Source of the DNA: Candidatus Latescibacterota bacterium
GTDB lineage: Bacteria > Latescibacterota > UBA2968
Assembly: GCA_965204375.1 (NCBI GenBank)
Contig: OZ241986.1
Location: 960,001 to 1,024,000, forward strand
Direction of reading: 5' to 3'
Length of the DNA stretch: 64,000 nt
Below, in pieces: positions 29,359-39,212 of this stretch. The stretch's first letter is position 1; every line of letters begins with the position of its first letter. The translations under genes were made by a program, and so were the position numbers. The notes below the pieces were generated by a model. It worked only from the letters and a program-made list of their open reading frames with translations, did not search any database and was not told where the DNA came from.

Positions 29359-31176
29359 CTACATATCGATCTCAACGATTGACCACATGGCCAGTTCATC
29401 TACGCTGACCTTTATTGCCTCCTCCGTGGCACCGTATTCAAGTTTTTTCGGTTCTTTGCCAGGGGCGTGAACGGTTATCTTGTACGGACTTGAGCCATAC
29501 AGCAAATCGTTCCTTACCGTGAGTTCAATATTCTTTTGTACGGTGATTCTATCAGTGTCTGGATTGTGTTCTCTATTCAGGAGATGAATTGCCAGATTGC
29601 CTGTCTCCGGGTGTCTTCTGACATTCGCCCATACGGCAGGATTGCTGACTGACACTGCAGGCAAGTACTCTGAAAGGAGCTCATCTACCTCAGTGGTATT
29701 TTTGGCAAGATGGGCTTTCCCTGTCTTGATCAGGTCGTCAACGAGCGACTTCTGAGAACCTTGCAGATAGGATTCAGACGGGACTATGACCTTTCTGAAC
29801 GCCGAAAGATCTCCATCTTCAAGGTGTTCGCGGTAGAAATACGGATCGCCAGCGACTGCAAGCGAGAACTGTATGTTCTTGTCCCAGAGCTGGGCACAGA
29901 TGTCATCGAACTGAATTCTGTATGGTTCGGAACCCAGATGCATCTTGCCAAATGACGGCAGGTAAGCGTAGTTATCGTAAATTAGAGCAATACCCTCATT
30001 AAAAGACTCGTATCCGTCGAAGAGGCGTGCGTTGTCCTTTATGAACTGATAGATTGGTCCAAACGCATCGGGGTCGCCTTCATGGAACGGCGTGCCAGCC
30101 CATCGGTAGATTACCGGCGCAGTGTGGTGTCCGCCAAGCGTATAAGTGCCGCAAATCCAAAGTTTCATCTCATTCTCGTTCTTGTACTCTCCGGCTTTCA
30201 GTTTTTTGTGATCATCAATCGACGGGCACGCCACATAAGGCTTTCCAACAGCGTCGGCTATCTTCAGAACCCGGGCCAGCGAACGCGACATCGTCTTGTT
30301 TGCCCATTCACCGGCATGGTAATGGGTCTCTCCAAGGAAGTAATCTACAAACTCGGCGGTGTAAAGATTGTAGGGAGCGAGATCCCAGGCGTTGGCGGTT
30401 ATCACAACGGGTTCCGGAGCATTTGCCCTGATCAGCGTAGCAAGTTCGCGCCCATACCTGACGCCTGAGAGCATCTGGAAGAATGTGTAATCTCTGCCAA
30501 ACGGTATCGCATTCTGGTTCCACTTCCAACCGAAAGAAGACACATTGCCGACGAGTTTTTTTACCGTCTCGCGATGGTTGTAGGTGTCCAGATCATCAAC
30601 ACCAAGCCTGGTCAGTTCTTCCTGCGTGTACTTGTTCCGCAGATAGTCGCGGAATTTCTCTGTACAGGAATCACAGTAACAGATGGCGTCGCGGACATGA
30701 GGGCCAAGGTTCCCTCCGGAACCGATTGGTTCGTCGATGTGAAACCCCTTTATACCGTCCTTGGCTTTTTGGATCAGCCACTGCTTCTGCCAGCCTGGTT
30801 TGTTCGCGCACATCCGCCATAGCGTGGCATCGGGAAATCCGGAACCCACCGCCTTGACTCTCTTGCCTGTGAAATCTTCGCAGACTTTCTGTCCGCCGAA
30901 GGAAGATGGGTCCTCGAGTGCCTTTCCTCCCCAAACGCCTGCGCTCAGGGTCATGTGAGTACCAATTCCCATAGCATGTATTGTGGGGATTTTGGGGTCT
31001 CTCACCGAACACCATCCGATGTTATCTACACGGTACTTCTCCAGAACGTCGAGATTGTCCGCCGATAGAGGCGGATGAAGGCTGATCACATCTGAACGTT
31101 CAAGAGCGAGAACCGGCCCTGACAAGCCAATAACGAATGCTAATACAACTGTCGAAAACGAAAAAAGACTATCCAC
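29359..31176 (-). CDS. Secreted hypothetical protein, possibly glycoside-hydrolase-like
   Basis: About 600 aa; signal-like N-terminus, GFHIDEP, CYCDSC..KFRDYL, C-terminal IHLLN; start uncertain. Confidence 0.6.
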   Translation of the reverse strand: MDSLFSFSTVVLAFVIGLSGPVLALERSDVISLHPPLSADNLDVLEKYRVDNIGWCSVRDPKIPTIHAMGIGTHMTLSAGVWGGKALEDPSSFGGQKVCEDFTGKRVKAVGSGFPDATLWRMCANKPGWQKQWLIQKAKDGIKGFHIDEPIGSGGNLGPHVRDAICYCDSCTEKFRDYLRNKYTQEELTRLGVDDLDTYNHRETVKKLVGNVSSFGWKWNQNAIPFGRDYTFFQMLSGVRYGRELATLIRANAPEPVVITANAWDLAPYNLYTAEFVDYFLGETHYHAGEWANKTMSRSLARVLKIADAVGKPYVACPSIDDHKKLKAGEYKNENEMKLWICGTYTLGGHHTAPVIYRWAGTPFHEGDPDAFGPIYQFIKDNARLFDGYESFNEGIALIYDNYAYLPSFGKMHLGSEPYRIQFDDICAQLWDKNIQFSLAVAGDPYFYREHLEDGDLSAFRKVIVPSESYLQGSQKSLVDDLIKTGKAHLAKNTTEVDELLSEYLPAVSVSNPAVWANVRRHPETGNLAIHLLNREHNPDTDRITVQKNIELTVRNDLLYGSSPYKITVHAPGKEPKKLEYGATEEAIKVSVDELAMWSIVEIDM

Positions 31177-32368
31177 TGCTCTGCCCCCTGTGGGAAGGAT
31201 CGGTCGATTTTGGGGCGTGCGATTCCCGCAAAAACGCAAAGATCACAAAGAGTGCAAAGAATGCCGGAAGGACTGCCAACAATAATGGATAGGCCATTTC
31301 GCCTGTCATCCCGAGCGCTACTACTCCAAGCAGCGGAGCGATCAACAAAGAGAGATCCATAAGGGAATCAAATGCCCCCATGGCGGCTCCTATATATGAC
31401 GTGTCAAATGTCTCCGAAGCGTACACGAATGATAATAAGTATGGAACTGCATTTGTAAGACAGAAGAGAACGTAGAATCCTATCAGCAGGGATAGACTGT
31501 CGGCATAGACCAGTCCCGCGCCCGATAGGACCAGGAGCCCAAGAGATGCAAGAACCCAAAGCTTTCGTCCCACCTTCTCAGAGATTACCCCGGTGAAGTA
31601 TGAGGACACACTGAATGCAAATGAACCGGTTGCCAGAATTAGTCCGATCTCCCATGCATCGAGTCCCAGCATCTCGCCCTTTGTCGGCACAAACACTCCG
31701 AAAATCCCGAAGGCAAACAGGCCCGCAAACCCCATCAGGAGATAGACGAATACGCGACTGTTCCCAAAGGTTGCACCAAGGCTGCGAAAAACGCCCAGAT
31801 TGTGCTCCGATGAGGCCCGTTCTCCACCCTTGATCAAATAAAAAGCAGCACAGAAGGCCACGAATGAGAGAAGTCCGTCCACGAGGAATGGAGCCCGGAG
31901 CGAAGCCAACGAAAGTACAGCTCCAAGGGCGGGACCAACTACGAAAGACAGTCCCTGGCTGCTTCTGAGAATCCCGAAGAACCGCCCCGGAGCATCCTTG
32001 CCAAGCGTTGAAGTGATTGCCAGGAGAGCGGGCATCGAGATAGCATCAGCGACACCGCCGAGAACTCGAAGAACGACCAGATGGACCCAATCGTTCGCAA
32101 TCAGACACAAAAGGGATGAAACTGAACCGAGGGCTGTACCTACCAGAATGAGACGTTGCCGTGAGAAGCGATCCGCAAGGGCACCTGCGAAGAATTGGGC
32201 GACTACCACTGTGGCAAGGGCCGCCGACACGACTATGGGTATCTGGTACGTTTTGGCCCCGAGTTCTGTGCTGAGTCTCGGCAATACGGGAAGGCTGACG
32301 AGAGTACTGAGGAAGATGATGAACGCCATCAAGCCGATGGCATACATTCTATGCAGGTCAGATGTCAT
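31169..32368 (-). CDS. MFS transporter
   Basis: GALADRFSRQR motif A, LRVLGG, VGPALGA; hydrophobic throughout. Confidence 0.9.
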   Translation of the reverse strand: MTSDLHRMYAIGLMAFIIFLSTLVSLPVLPRLSTELGAKTYQIPIVVSAALATVVVAQFFAGALADRFSRQRLILVGTALGSVSSLLCLIANDWVHLVVLRVLGGVADAISMPALLAITSTLGKDAPGRFFGILRSSQGLSFVVGPALGAVLSLASLRAPFLVDGLLSFVAFCAAFYLIKGGERASSEHNLGVFRSLGATFGNSRVFVYLLMGFAGLFAFGIFGVFVPTKGEMLGLDAWEIGLILATGSFAFSVSSYFTGVISEKVGRKLWVLASLGLLVLSGAGLVYADSLSLLIGFYVLFCLTNAVPYLLSFVYASETFDTSYIGAAMGAFDSLMDLSLLIAPLLGVVALGMTGEMAYPLLLAVLPAFFALFVIFAFLRESHAPKSTDPSHRGQSSG

Positions 32369-32446
32369 TATCTATGCCTTGTCAATTAGCTACAGAAGAT
32401 ATATTGAGCCGCCGATCCAAATCTCATAACGGTCTCAGCAGGCCGT

Positions 32447-33439
32447 TTACGTCGTTAAGATGTTGTCGATTGTCCGCAGTTCGTCCTCGGTGAAATTCAG
32501 GTTGTCGAGGACACCGACGCTGTCCTCGATTTGTTCGGGGCGGCTAGCTCCACAAAGCGCCGTCGTGACCGCATCTTGTCGAAGGACCCAGGCGATGGCC
32601 ATCTGGGCGAGGGTCTGACCGCGGGCGCAGGCGTGGTCGTTGAGCTTGCTGATTTTGCCGATGGTTTTTTCGTCGAGGCGATTTTTGAGCGGGTGACCCG
32701 GGCGAGCGGCGCGGGAGTCTGTGGGAATGCCGTCCAGGTATTTATCCGTGAGCATGCCGCTGTTGAGGATGGAGAAGGCGATGCAGCCGATGCCTTCCTC
32801 GCGCAGTACGTCGAAGAGGCCATTGTTTTCGGGTTGTCGGGTAAGCAGATTGTATTTGGGCTGATGGATCAGGCAGGGCGTACCTGAGTCGCGCAAGATT
32901 TGCGCGGCCTCTCTGGTTTTACCGGGCGGATAATTAGAGATGCCAACATAGAGGGCGCGACCTGAACGGACGGCAAAATCGAGGGCACCCATGGTTTCTT
33001 CAAGCGGCGTGTCGGGATCGGGGCGATGGTGGTAGAAGATATCGACATAATCTACCCCCAGGCGTTTGAGACTTTGATCGAGGCTGGCAACGAGGTATTT
33101 CCGCGAGCCAAAATTGCCATAGGGTCCGGGCCACATATCAAATCCGGCTTTGGTGGAGATGATCAGTTCGTCCCGGTAGGGCGATAGGTCGAGTTGGAGG
33201 ATGCGACCGAGGGTCTCTTCGGCAGAGCCATAGGGCGGTCCATAGTTGTTGGCCAGGTCCAGGTGTGTGATGCCGTGGTCGAAGGCGGTGCGCACCGTAG
33301 CACGCCCGGTTTCAAATATATCGACGCCGCCAAAATTATGCCACAGACCGAGAGAGATCAGGGGTAGTTGAATGCCGCTATTGCCGCATCGTCTATATAT
33401 TATGTTATCGTAACGCGATTGGGATGGGAAGTCGGACAT
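32447..33439 (-). CDS. Aldo/keto reductase (L-glyceraldehyde 3-phosphate reductase-like)
   Basis: ISLGLWHNFG, DLANNYGPPYGSAE, ISTKAG, VDIFYHHRPD, LIHQPKY. Confidence 0.92.
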   Translation of the reverse strand: MSDFPSQSRYDNIIYRRCGNSGIQLPLISLGLWHNFGGVDIFETGRATVRTAFDHGITHLDLANNYGPPYGSAEETLGRILQLDLSPYRDELIISTKAGFDMWPGPYGNFGSRKYLVASLDQSLKRLGVDYVDIFYHHRPDPDTPLEETMGALDFAVRSGRALYVGISNYPPGKTREAAQILRDSGTPCLIHQPKYNLLTRQPENNGLFDVLREEGIGCIAFSILNSGMLTDKYLDGIPTDSRAARPGHPLKNRLDEKTIGKISKLNDHACARGQTLAQMAIAWVLRQDAVTTALCGASRPEQIEDSVGVLDNLNFTEDELRTIDNILTT

Positions 33440-33480
33440 GAAGGCTCCTTTGCTATAGAATGGTTTGTTCACTCCTCATT

Positions 33481-33528
33481 AGTTGATCGCCGAAAGAATC
33501 GCCCGCTTGGAGGCGGTTAAACCAGCTA
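33481..33528 (-). repeat. 48-bp remnant matching the 3' region of the phosphotransferase at 39213-40103
   Basis: Matches 39261-39309 with one substitution and one 1-bp indel. Confidence 0.88.
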
Positions 33529-33577
33529 ACGTGTTAGTGCCCCGAACCACGCAGCGGTTCGGGGCACTGTGTTAGCA
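33524..33577 (-). other. attC-like site downstream of higA
   Basis: Minus strand TGCTAAC...GTTAGCT flanking a perfect 13-bp inverted repeat AGTGCCCCGAACC/GGTTCGGGGCACT; 54 bp, short for an attC. Confidence 0.65.
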
Positions 33578-33600
33578 GACGTTGTCCTTCAAGGAACGAG

Positions 33601-33909
33601 TTACCCATCTCTATCCGGGTGCGGTCGCACTTCTCGCTCCAAGCGGTCCGATAGCTCGTCCTCTGCTACATCTAGTGCATAGTCCATCTGAATGCCCATC
33701 CAGAATTTGGGTGACATGTTGAAGTAGCGAGCGAGCCTCAGGGCCGTATCAGCAGTAATACCTCGTTTTCCCAACACAATCTCGTTTATACGTCGGGGCG
33801 CCACACCGATGGAGAGCGCGAGGTGGTTTTGACTCAGATTCATCGGCTTGAGGAACTCTTCCAACAACACTTCCCCGGGATGAACAGGAGCCAATTTCTG
33901 AGCACACAT
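33601..33909 (-). CDS. higA: HigA antitoxin
   Basis: HPGEVLLEEFLKP..RINEIVLGKRGITADTALRLARYF..FWMGIQ. Confidence 0.93.
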   Translation of the reverse strand: MCAQKLAPVHPGEVLLEEFLKPMNLSQNHLALSIGVAPRRINEIVLGKRGITADTALRLARYFNMSPKFWMGIQMDYALDVAEDELSDRLEREVRPHPDRDG

Positions 33910-33921
33910 AGGTCTGTCTCC

Positions 33922-34203
33922 TTAGTGATAGTCCACAATCTCAACGTTGTAGGCATCCCCATTTCGCCAGGTGAAACAGATTCGCCATTGGTCGTTGATT
34001 CGAATGCTATACTGGCCTGCCCGATCGCCACGAAGTTTCTCGAGGCGATTAGCTGGTGGCACCCGAAGATCAGCTAATGTCGTTGAACGATTGAGCATGC
34101 GAAGCTTGCGAAGGGCGGTCTGTTGAATATCGCTGGGTAGCTTTCCAGATCGGGTGCGTTGGAATATTCGTCGGGTTTCTCGATCTCTGAAGGATCGTAT
34201 CAT
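33922..34203 (-). CDS. higB: HigB toxin (RelE superfamily)
   Basis: MIRSF..LRVPPANRLEKLRGDRAGQYSIRINDQWRICF..VEIVDYH. Confidence 0.93.
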   Translation of the reverse strand: MIRSFRDRETRRIFQRTRSGKLPSDIQQTALRKLRMLNRSTTLADLRVPPANRLEKLRGDRAGQYSIRINDQWRICFTWRNGDAYNVEIVDYH

Positions 34204-34210
34204 GCATACA

Positions 34211-34239
34211 ATATATAACGTTAAGCATTAAACGACAAG
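34211..34239 (-). promoter_or_regulatory. higBA promoter with overlapping imperfect palindrome (putative operator)
   Basis: Minus strand TTGTCG-17 bp-TATATT a few bases before the ATG; the spacer region CGTTTAATGCTTAACG is an imperfect palindrome. Confidence 0.55.
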
Positions 34240-34294
34240 CGTTATACTTGACGGAAATACAACCTATGGCGAAATTTGCTATAGAATCGTTTGC

Positions 34295-34744
34295 TCACGC
34301 CTCATCGCGTAATGCCAGATGAAAGCCATGCCAGTCATCGAGGTCATTGAGGTCGGTTCCGAGCCACTCTTTGCCAGACTGGGGCAACCCAAGAACCTCA
34401 AGCATTTCGCTTCGGCCAGGCTCTGGCTTGGGGAACGAGAGGATGCGTTCGTTGAATTGGTCAATCGCCTCCGGGGTCAGGCTTCCCGGTTTCGCATTTT
34501 CCTTCACCCAGGCCTCGAACGCCAGGTAGTCCGGTTGCGACGCGCTTACGAAAGCGACAGCGGTGGTCGAATCAATTCCCAGAGCGTCGAGTAGCAGGCC
34601 ATCGAATCCCCCTTCACCCGCTCTGTATTCATCTGCCAATTTGCCCTTTGCCGACAGACGCATTTTCAACCATAACCTCGGAAGATGAACTATGCCCAAC
34701 GGGCCTTTCGTCCGGGTGCTGATGAGTGGAATATATGTCTCCAT
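34295..34744 (-). CDS. DUF5069-like protein
   Basis: GPLGIVHLPRLWLK..FD..LL..LGID..LNDLDD; AAGGAG RBS. Confidence 0.65.
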   Translation of the reverse strand: METYIPLISTRTKGPLGIVHLPRLWLKMRLSAKGKLADEYRAGEGGFDGLLLDALGIDSTTAVAFVSASQPDYLAFEAWVKENAKPGSLTPEAIDQFNERILSFPKPEPGRSEMLEVLGLPQSGKEWLGTDLNDLDDWHGFHLALRDEA

Positions 34745-34837
34745 TGCGAGTATCTCCTTATTAGTGATTATTGTGGCCGAAGGCCGCAGTCAGCAAAATA
34801 GGCCGGTTTGGATCTCATAAGAAACGGTAAGGGGAGA

Positions 34838-35623
34838 TCAGTGCCGGGTTTCGACCGTCTTTCCGAAGCCTCCGTAGAGCGCGAACAGACCTTTCTTCCA
34901 AAGCACATCAACGCTCTCAAACCCGACTTTTGATAGCAGAGAGAGATGATGTGGAATATCCAATGGAGAATCTTCTATCAAAGAGTTCTTCAGGATCGGC
35001 TCAACTCTATCTTCTGGAAAGTTCCGTCGGAGCAACTCTGCCCAATCCTCGAATCCAAGCATGGTCAGTTCTGCTTTTGAGCCGTGAACGTGATCAAGGC
35101 ACAAAAAGCATCCGCCTGGCTTGATCCAATTGAGAATCCGTGTGTATAGACCCTCGTATTCCGATTCTAGCCTGCCATGACACAGCGCATACGATGAGAC
35201 CACACAATCGAACGAATCGGCTTCAAGTTGTACGTCATCATCAGCGAATAAATCCCCGGCAACGGTTCTGAACTCAGCACCGATCTCCTCCAGCTGTCTC
35301 GCTGCTTCCGTCAGAAGCTTTTCCGATACATCCACGAGCGTAACCTGGCTCTGGGGAAACCGCTCCAAAACAAGCTTCGAGAGCCTGCCCGTTCCAGCTC
35401 CCAGGTCCAGAACAGAAGGGGCGGGGGGAACAAGGGTGGCCATAGTTCGGAACATGAGATCGTGCGTGTACTGAAAGTCGGGTGAGACCTTGCTCGCATT
35501 TGGGAAAAAATTGAAAGCGTCGATCACATCCCGAAAACCTTGGTTAACCTGCTCCCGCGTCTCCTTGATGGCAATTCCTTGATCCAGCATATCCCGAATC
35601 TCTGAAAACGCATGATCGTCCAT
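34838..35623 (-). CDS. Class I SAM-dependent methyltransferase
   Basis: VLDLGAGTG, VDVS, FDCVVSSYALCH, IKPGG. Confidence 0.88.
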   Translation of the reverse strand: MDDHAFSEIRDMLDQGIAIKETREQVNQGFRDVIDAFNFFPNASKVSPDFQYTHDLMFRTMATLVPPAPSVLDLGAGTGRLSKLVLERFPQSQVTLVDVSEKLLTEAARQLEEIGAEFRTVAGDLFADDDVQLEADSFDCVVSSYALCHGRLESEYEGLYTRILNWIKPGGCFLCLDHVHGSKAELTMLGFEDWAELLRRNFPEDRVEPILKNSLIEDSPLDIPHHLSLLSKVGFESVDVLWKKGLFALYGGFGKTVETRH

Positions 35624-35628
35624 TCTAA

Positions 35629-36083
35629 GTCTCCATAATGTCTCTACGGTTCTGCTGTGTCCTCGCCTTCCTGCATGCTCAGTCACACGCTTGCTGCTCA
35701 AAGTTCCTCACGATCATTCCACGCGCTTTCTCGAAGCCAAGTCTTCCGTAGAATCTCTGGACCTCCTGGTCACAGATCAGGTCAATCATGTAGAGATCTT
35801 TGAGTTTTCGGACCATGCGTCTGACCAGATTAGATCCGATGCCTTTCTCTTGCCATTCCGGCAGCACCTCAAGATGTGGGATATAGGCGCACGAAACACC
35901 GTCCGATATGGCGCTGATGAAGCCAATCACCTTCCCCTCAGAAGAGACTGCAAGAACCACGTAGTCGCTTCCCTTTAGGATTCTTAGATGCGTCTCGGGG
36001 GAGGGAGGGTTAGGCCATCCGACAAAGAACCCCTTTAGGTTGTTTGATTCGATCCCGTCGGCAGTGTCTTGATATATAATCTG
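35629..36083. repeat. 455-bp direct repeat, copy 1 (GNAT gene plus downstream spacer)
   Basis: Matches 40302-40756 with about ten substitutions counted by eye. Confidence 0.95.
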
Positions 36084-36086
36084 CAT
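35679..36086 (-). CDS. GNAT acetyltransferase
   Basis: VIGFISAISDG, LEVLPEWQEKGIGS, FYGRLGF. Confidence 0.9.
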   Translation of the reverse strand: MQIIYQDTADGIESNNLKGFFVGWPNPPSPETHLRILKGSDYVVLAVSSEGKVIGFISAISDGVSCAYIPHLEVLPEWQEKGIGSNLVRRMVRKLKDLYMIDLICDQEVQRFYGRLGFEKARGMIVRNFEQQACD

Positions 36087-36088
36087 TG

Positions 36089-37744
36089 TCAGCAGCGCCT
36101 CGCCAGGGTTGGAGACCAGTCACTGGAGAGCCAATCTTTCCATCGACGTGCCAAATCCATTCGCGCATCTCGCAGCGAGTTTGAATGGGGTATTTTCCCT
36201 GGTTCTGGAGGTGAGTTAAGCGGGAATTGCTGTCCTGTTATTGCTTCTAACGCATCTCTTCTGGCCGTGAAGTTCGCTACGCGACCCATTTGGGCGTCTT
36301 CTTCAAGGCCAGCGGCGATTTCTGCGGTAAAATCTGGATAAGCCATTCTTGCGGCCAGTAGAAGCGATTGATAACGAACATCTAAGCTCGTGTCGTTGAA
36401 GAGATTGGAGAATGACGTTTTACAATCGAGCCACAAATTCTGGCACTTTTGCAGCGAGTAAACGCCCGCCATCCGGACGTTCGGCGAAGCATCTCGGAAC
36501 GCGTCCTGTATATGGTTCGCGTTTATCTGATCCGGTTCGGTTGCCAGAGCACATAAGGCTGCTGTGCGAACCTCTGCTATAGAGTGTTTTACGTGCTTAC
36601 TTATTGGCTCTATTGCTTGAGGCGGGATGGCATCTCCAAGAAAAGAAAGGATTGCATCCTTCACTTCCTCATGATCAGTGCTGTTGAGTTTTGCCAATCT
36701 ATGCTGTAGGGGGCGGTTCCGCCACGATGACCAGTTTTGGAAGGGGGCAATCGAAGGCTCAGGGGTACTCTCTGTTTCTTTGATTGCCAGCGCATCACGC
36801 ACGGATACGAGGCCAGCACGCAGTTCTGACCATTGAGGTTCTTTCTTTGATGAAGCGATGAGCGCTGCTTTCATTTCCGAGGCTGTCCAATTGGGGTGGG
36901 CTTGCCACAAACAGGCGGCTGCTCCAAGCAGAATTGGTCCTGCGAAGGATGTGCCATTTGTGCGGGCATAGCCATCTGGAAGGCTGTCTATTTTCGCATA
37001 AAGGAGTTGCGCGATCTCTACATCAGGGAGGGCAATGTTCGCCGCAGGTGCCAGAATTTGAGGAACCCATTTTCCCTCAAATGTCGTTCCACGGCATCCT
37101 TGATACATTTCGGCTCGAGATGGATCTCCGCTCGGTGGGATTATGATGCCACCCACAGATAGCACAGAAGGGGATGCGGTCTGCGCTACAGAAGCAGTCT
37201 GGTCAGGTACATTACCCGATCCCGAGATGACAAGTACGCCTTTCTCGGCCAGTTCTTCGCACAAAATGCGAACCGGTTCCATCTGCCAGGGGAGAATGCC
37301 TGAGTCTGTCCGAAATGAGCGCGCTGCCATAACCGCTCGAATCTCGTACTTTCGCCAATTGTCCCGAACCCATTCCAGAGCTTTCATATCTGGTAAATAT
37401 TTATCAGGATTCGATTTATGCTCTGGGAAGTACATACCAATGAGAAACAGGTCTGCTTCTGGTGCTACACCTGTGTATAATCCCTGCGATGCAGCCCCTG
37501 ACCCAGCAGCACCAGCGGCGACACGCAGCGCGTGCGAACTACCTGCTGCCCAGGGTTCGGGTTCTGAATAAAACACTTCGGGGTGTGGTTCAGAATCCAT
37601 CACATGTACTATGTGGGTTGTACGGTGTCTATTTGTACTGATGTCGGGATGATTTGAAAATCTTCCATCGACAACAGCAATACGGACACCTTTCCCCGTA
37701 AGCTCAACAGGAACTTGCAGAAAGTCTCGCAGTGTTGGCCACAC
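36089..37744 (-). CDS. S8 (subtilisin-like) peptidase with C-terminal HEAT-like repeats
   Basis: GKGVRIAVVDG, H region SSHA, GVAPEA, GSGN, NGTSFAGP; then EVRTAAL, NVRMAGV and DVRYQS repeats. Confidence 0.82.
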   Translation of the reverse strand: MWPTLRDFLQVPVELTGKGVRIAVVDGRFSNHPDISTNRHRTTHIVHVMDSEPHPEVFYSEPEPWAAGSSHALRVAAGAAGSGAASQGLYTGVAPEADLFLIGMYFPEHKSNPDKYLPDMKALEWVRDNWRKYEIRAVMAARSFRTDSGILPWQMEPVRILCEELAEKGVLVISGSGNVPDQTASVAQTASPSVLSVGGIIIPPSGDPSRAEMYQGCRGTTFEGKWVPQILAPAANIALPDVEIAQLLYAKIDSLPDGYARTNGTSFAGPILLGAAACLWQAHPNWTASEMKAALIASSKKEPQWSELRAGLVSVRDALAIKETESTPEPSIAPFQNWSSWRNRPLQHRLAKLNSTDHEEVKDAILSFLGDAIPPQAIEPISKHVKHSIAEVRTAALCALATEPDQINANHIQDAFRDASPNVRMAGVYSLQKCQNLWLDCKTSFSNLFNDTSLDVRYQSLLLAARMAYPDFTAEIAAGLEEDAQMGRVANFTARRDALEAITGQQFPLNSPPEPGKIPHSNSLRDARMDLARRWKDWLSSDWSPTLARRC

Positions 37745-37822
37745 TATGAATTACTCCTCAAGAAGAGATGATTTTTTTGCGCGATTTTTCGGGTGTTGTG
37801 TTTCTCTTTTCGATTGGACATT

Positions 37823-38317
37823 TTACACAAAATCAGAGGAAAGCGCTCCCAAATATCCAACTCGCTTTTCGGGATCCCGGTATTGAATCAGTTCGTAGTG
37901 CCCAATCATAAATCCTTGTGCTTCCCAGAATTTCAAGGCTTCTGGATTGTCCCGTCGGACATTTAAATCGATCCGATCAATTCCCAGGCTATCGGTAATT
38001 TCTATGGCTGATTTTACCAGGAACGTCCCAATGCCTCTCCTGCGCCTGGCAGGAACAACGTAGAAGTCGTTTATCTCTGCTCTGGTGCCAGAGATGGAGA
38101 ATGAAATAAATCCCACTGGGGATCCTTCGCTTAGCCCCCAAAATACCCTTGTTTCAGTGCTGGACAGGGGAAATCGATCTGCGAAATACGAATCCCGACT
38201 ATCAGGTGTACATACCGTATCTGCATGTGGCATGATCTCCAGCCAGTAAGCTTCGACGAGTGGACGAAATCGGTTCTGGTCGGCTGGAATTACCCGTTCG
38301 AAATTGATGCGTTCCAT
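37823..38317 (-). CDS. GNAT acetyltransferase
   Basis: FYVVPARRRRGIG, NPEALKFWEAQGF. Confidence 0.88.
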   Translation of the reverse strand: MERINFERVIPADQNRFRPLVEAYWLEIMPHADTVCTPDSRDSYFADRFPLSSTETRVFWGLSEGSPVGFISFSISGTRAEINDFYVVPARRRRGIGTFLVKSAIEITDSLGIDRIDLNVRRDNPEALKFWEAQGFMIGHYELIQYRDPEKRVGYLGALSSDFV

Positions 38318-38366
38318 AATAAATCAGACTCGTTCTATATATCATTTCTGCCTATTAAATCGTCTG

Positions 38367-39116
38367 TTACACTTCCTCTATTTTGAAATACCTGTAGAAG
38401 TGCTGAATGCCGCATTCAGGCCGCAGAACCTCGTAGGTAAAGCAACGTTCGCATTTTTCAGGTGAGTCGGCTATGGCGATTGCGGTTTGGAACCGGGTAA
38501 TCGCCTCAATATCCGGGCGGAACCCGCCGCGCAGAAACTGACCCCACAGTGCCCAGAACTGAAGCTCATATCCAACAGGCTTGGCCGAAGCGAGGTACTC
38601 GGGTGGAAACAGACGGCGATAGGCATCGATGTTGTAGAGCCACGAGCCTCCACGCACAGTCTCTGCCTCCGTATGCCTCTCCCTTACGTCTCGAAGAAGA
38701 CGGGTTAGCTCACGATGTCTGACACCGACACGTTCAAGGCTCAGAGCGCCCTTCCCAGAAGTATCGGCGTTGCGAAAGTGAAGACGGACCGTGGGCTCGT
38801 CATGGAAAGGGTAGCTATACCAGAAGCACCCGAAGCCGTCCAGGGGATTGATCGATGGTTCGTCTTTCTCGCGTTCGAGATAGTGGTCGTAGGCCCAGCG
38901 ATCCGGCTCACTCGTATTTCGTAGTCCTCTCAAAAAGTTCTGCCAAGCCTCACTTTCTTGCGATGTCTCTTTTGTGACTCGAATGTTCAAAAGTGTCCGA
39001 AGGATTGTGCAGTCGATCAGGGTATCTTTCAGGGGGCTATGAGACAATTCGGACATACGTCTGGCAAAGGCCAGTTGGACCGAGATGAACTCATATGGTA
39101 GGCCGAGTTTGGGCAT
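38367..39116 (-). CDS. Hypothetical protein
   Basis: 249-aa ORF colinear with neighbours; protein-like segments (LHF, GGSWLYN..YRRLFP, WGQF). Confidence 0.7.
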   Translation of the reverse strand: MPKLGLPYEFISVQLAFARRMSELSHSPLKDTLIDCTILRTLLNIRVTKETSQESEAWQNFLRGLRNTSEPDRWAYDHYLEREKDEPSINPLDGFGCFWYSYPFHDEPTVRLHFRNADTSGKGALSLERVGVRHRELTRLLRDVRERHTEAETVRGGSWLYNIDAYRRLFPPEYLASAKPVGYELQFWALWGQFLRGGFRPDIEAITRFQTAIAIADSPEKCERCFTYEVLRPECGIQHFYRYFKIEEV

Positions 39117-39212
39117 TTACGATGTACCTGAAAATACTGGAATAGACCTTTGCTTGGCGAAAAATTCCTTCAAACGACAATCCCAAGCGTTGGGCGGCCG
39201 CACGCGATGCTT

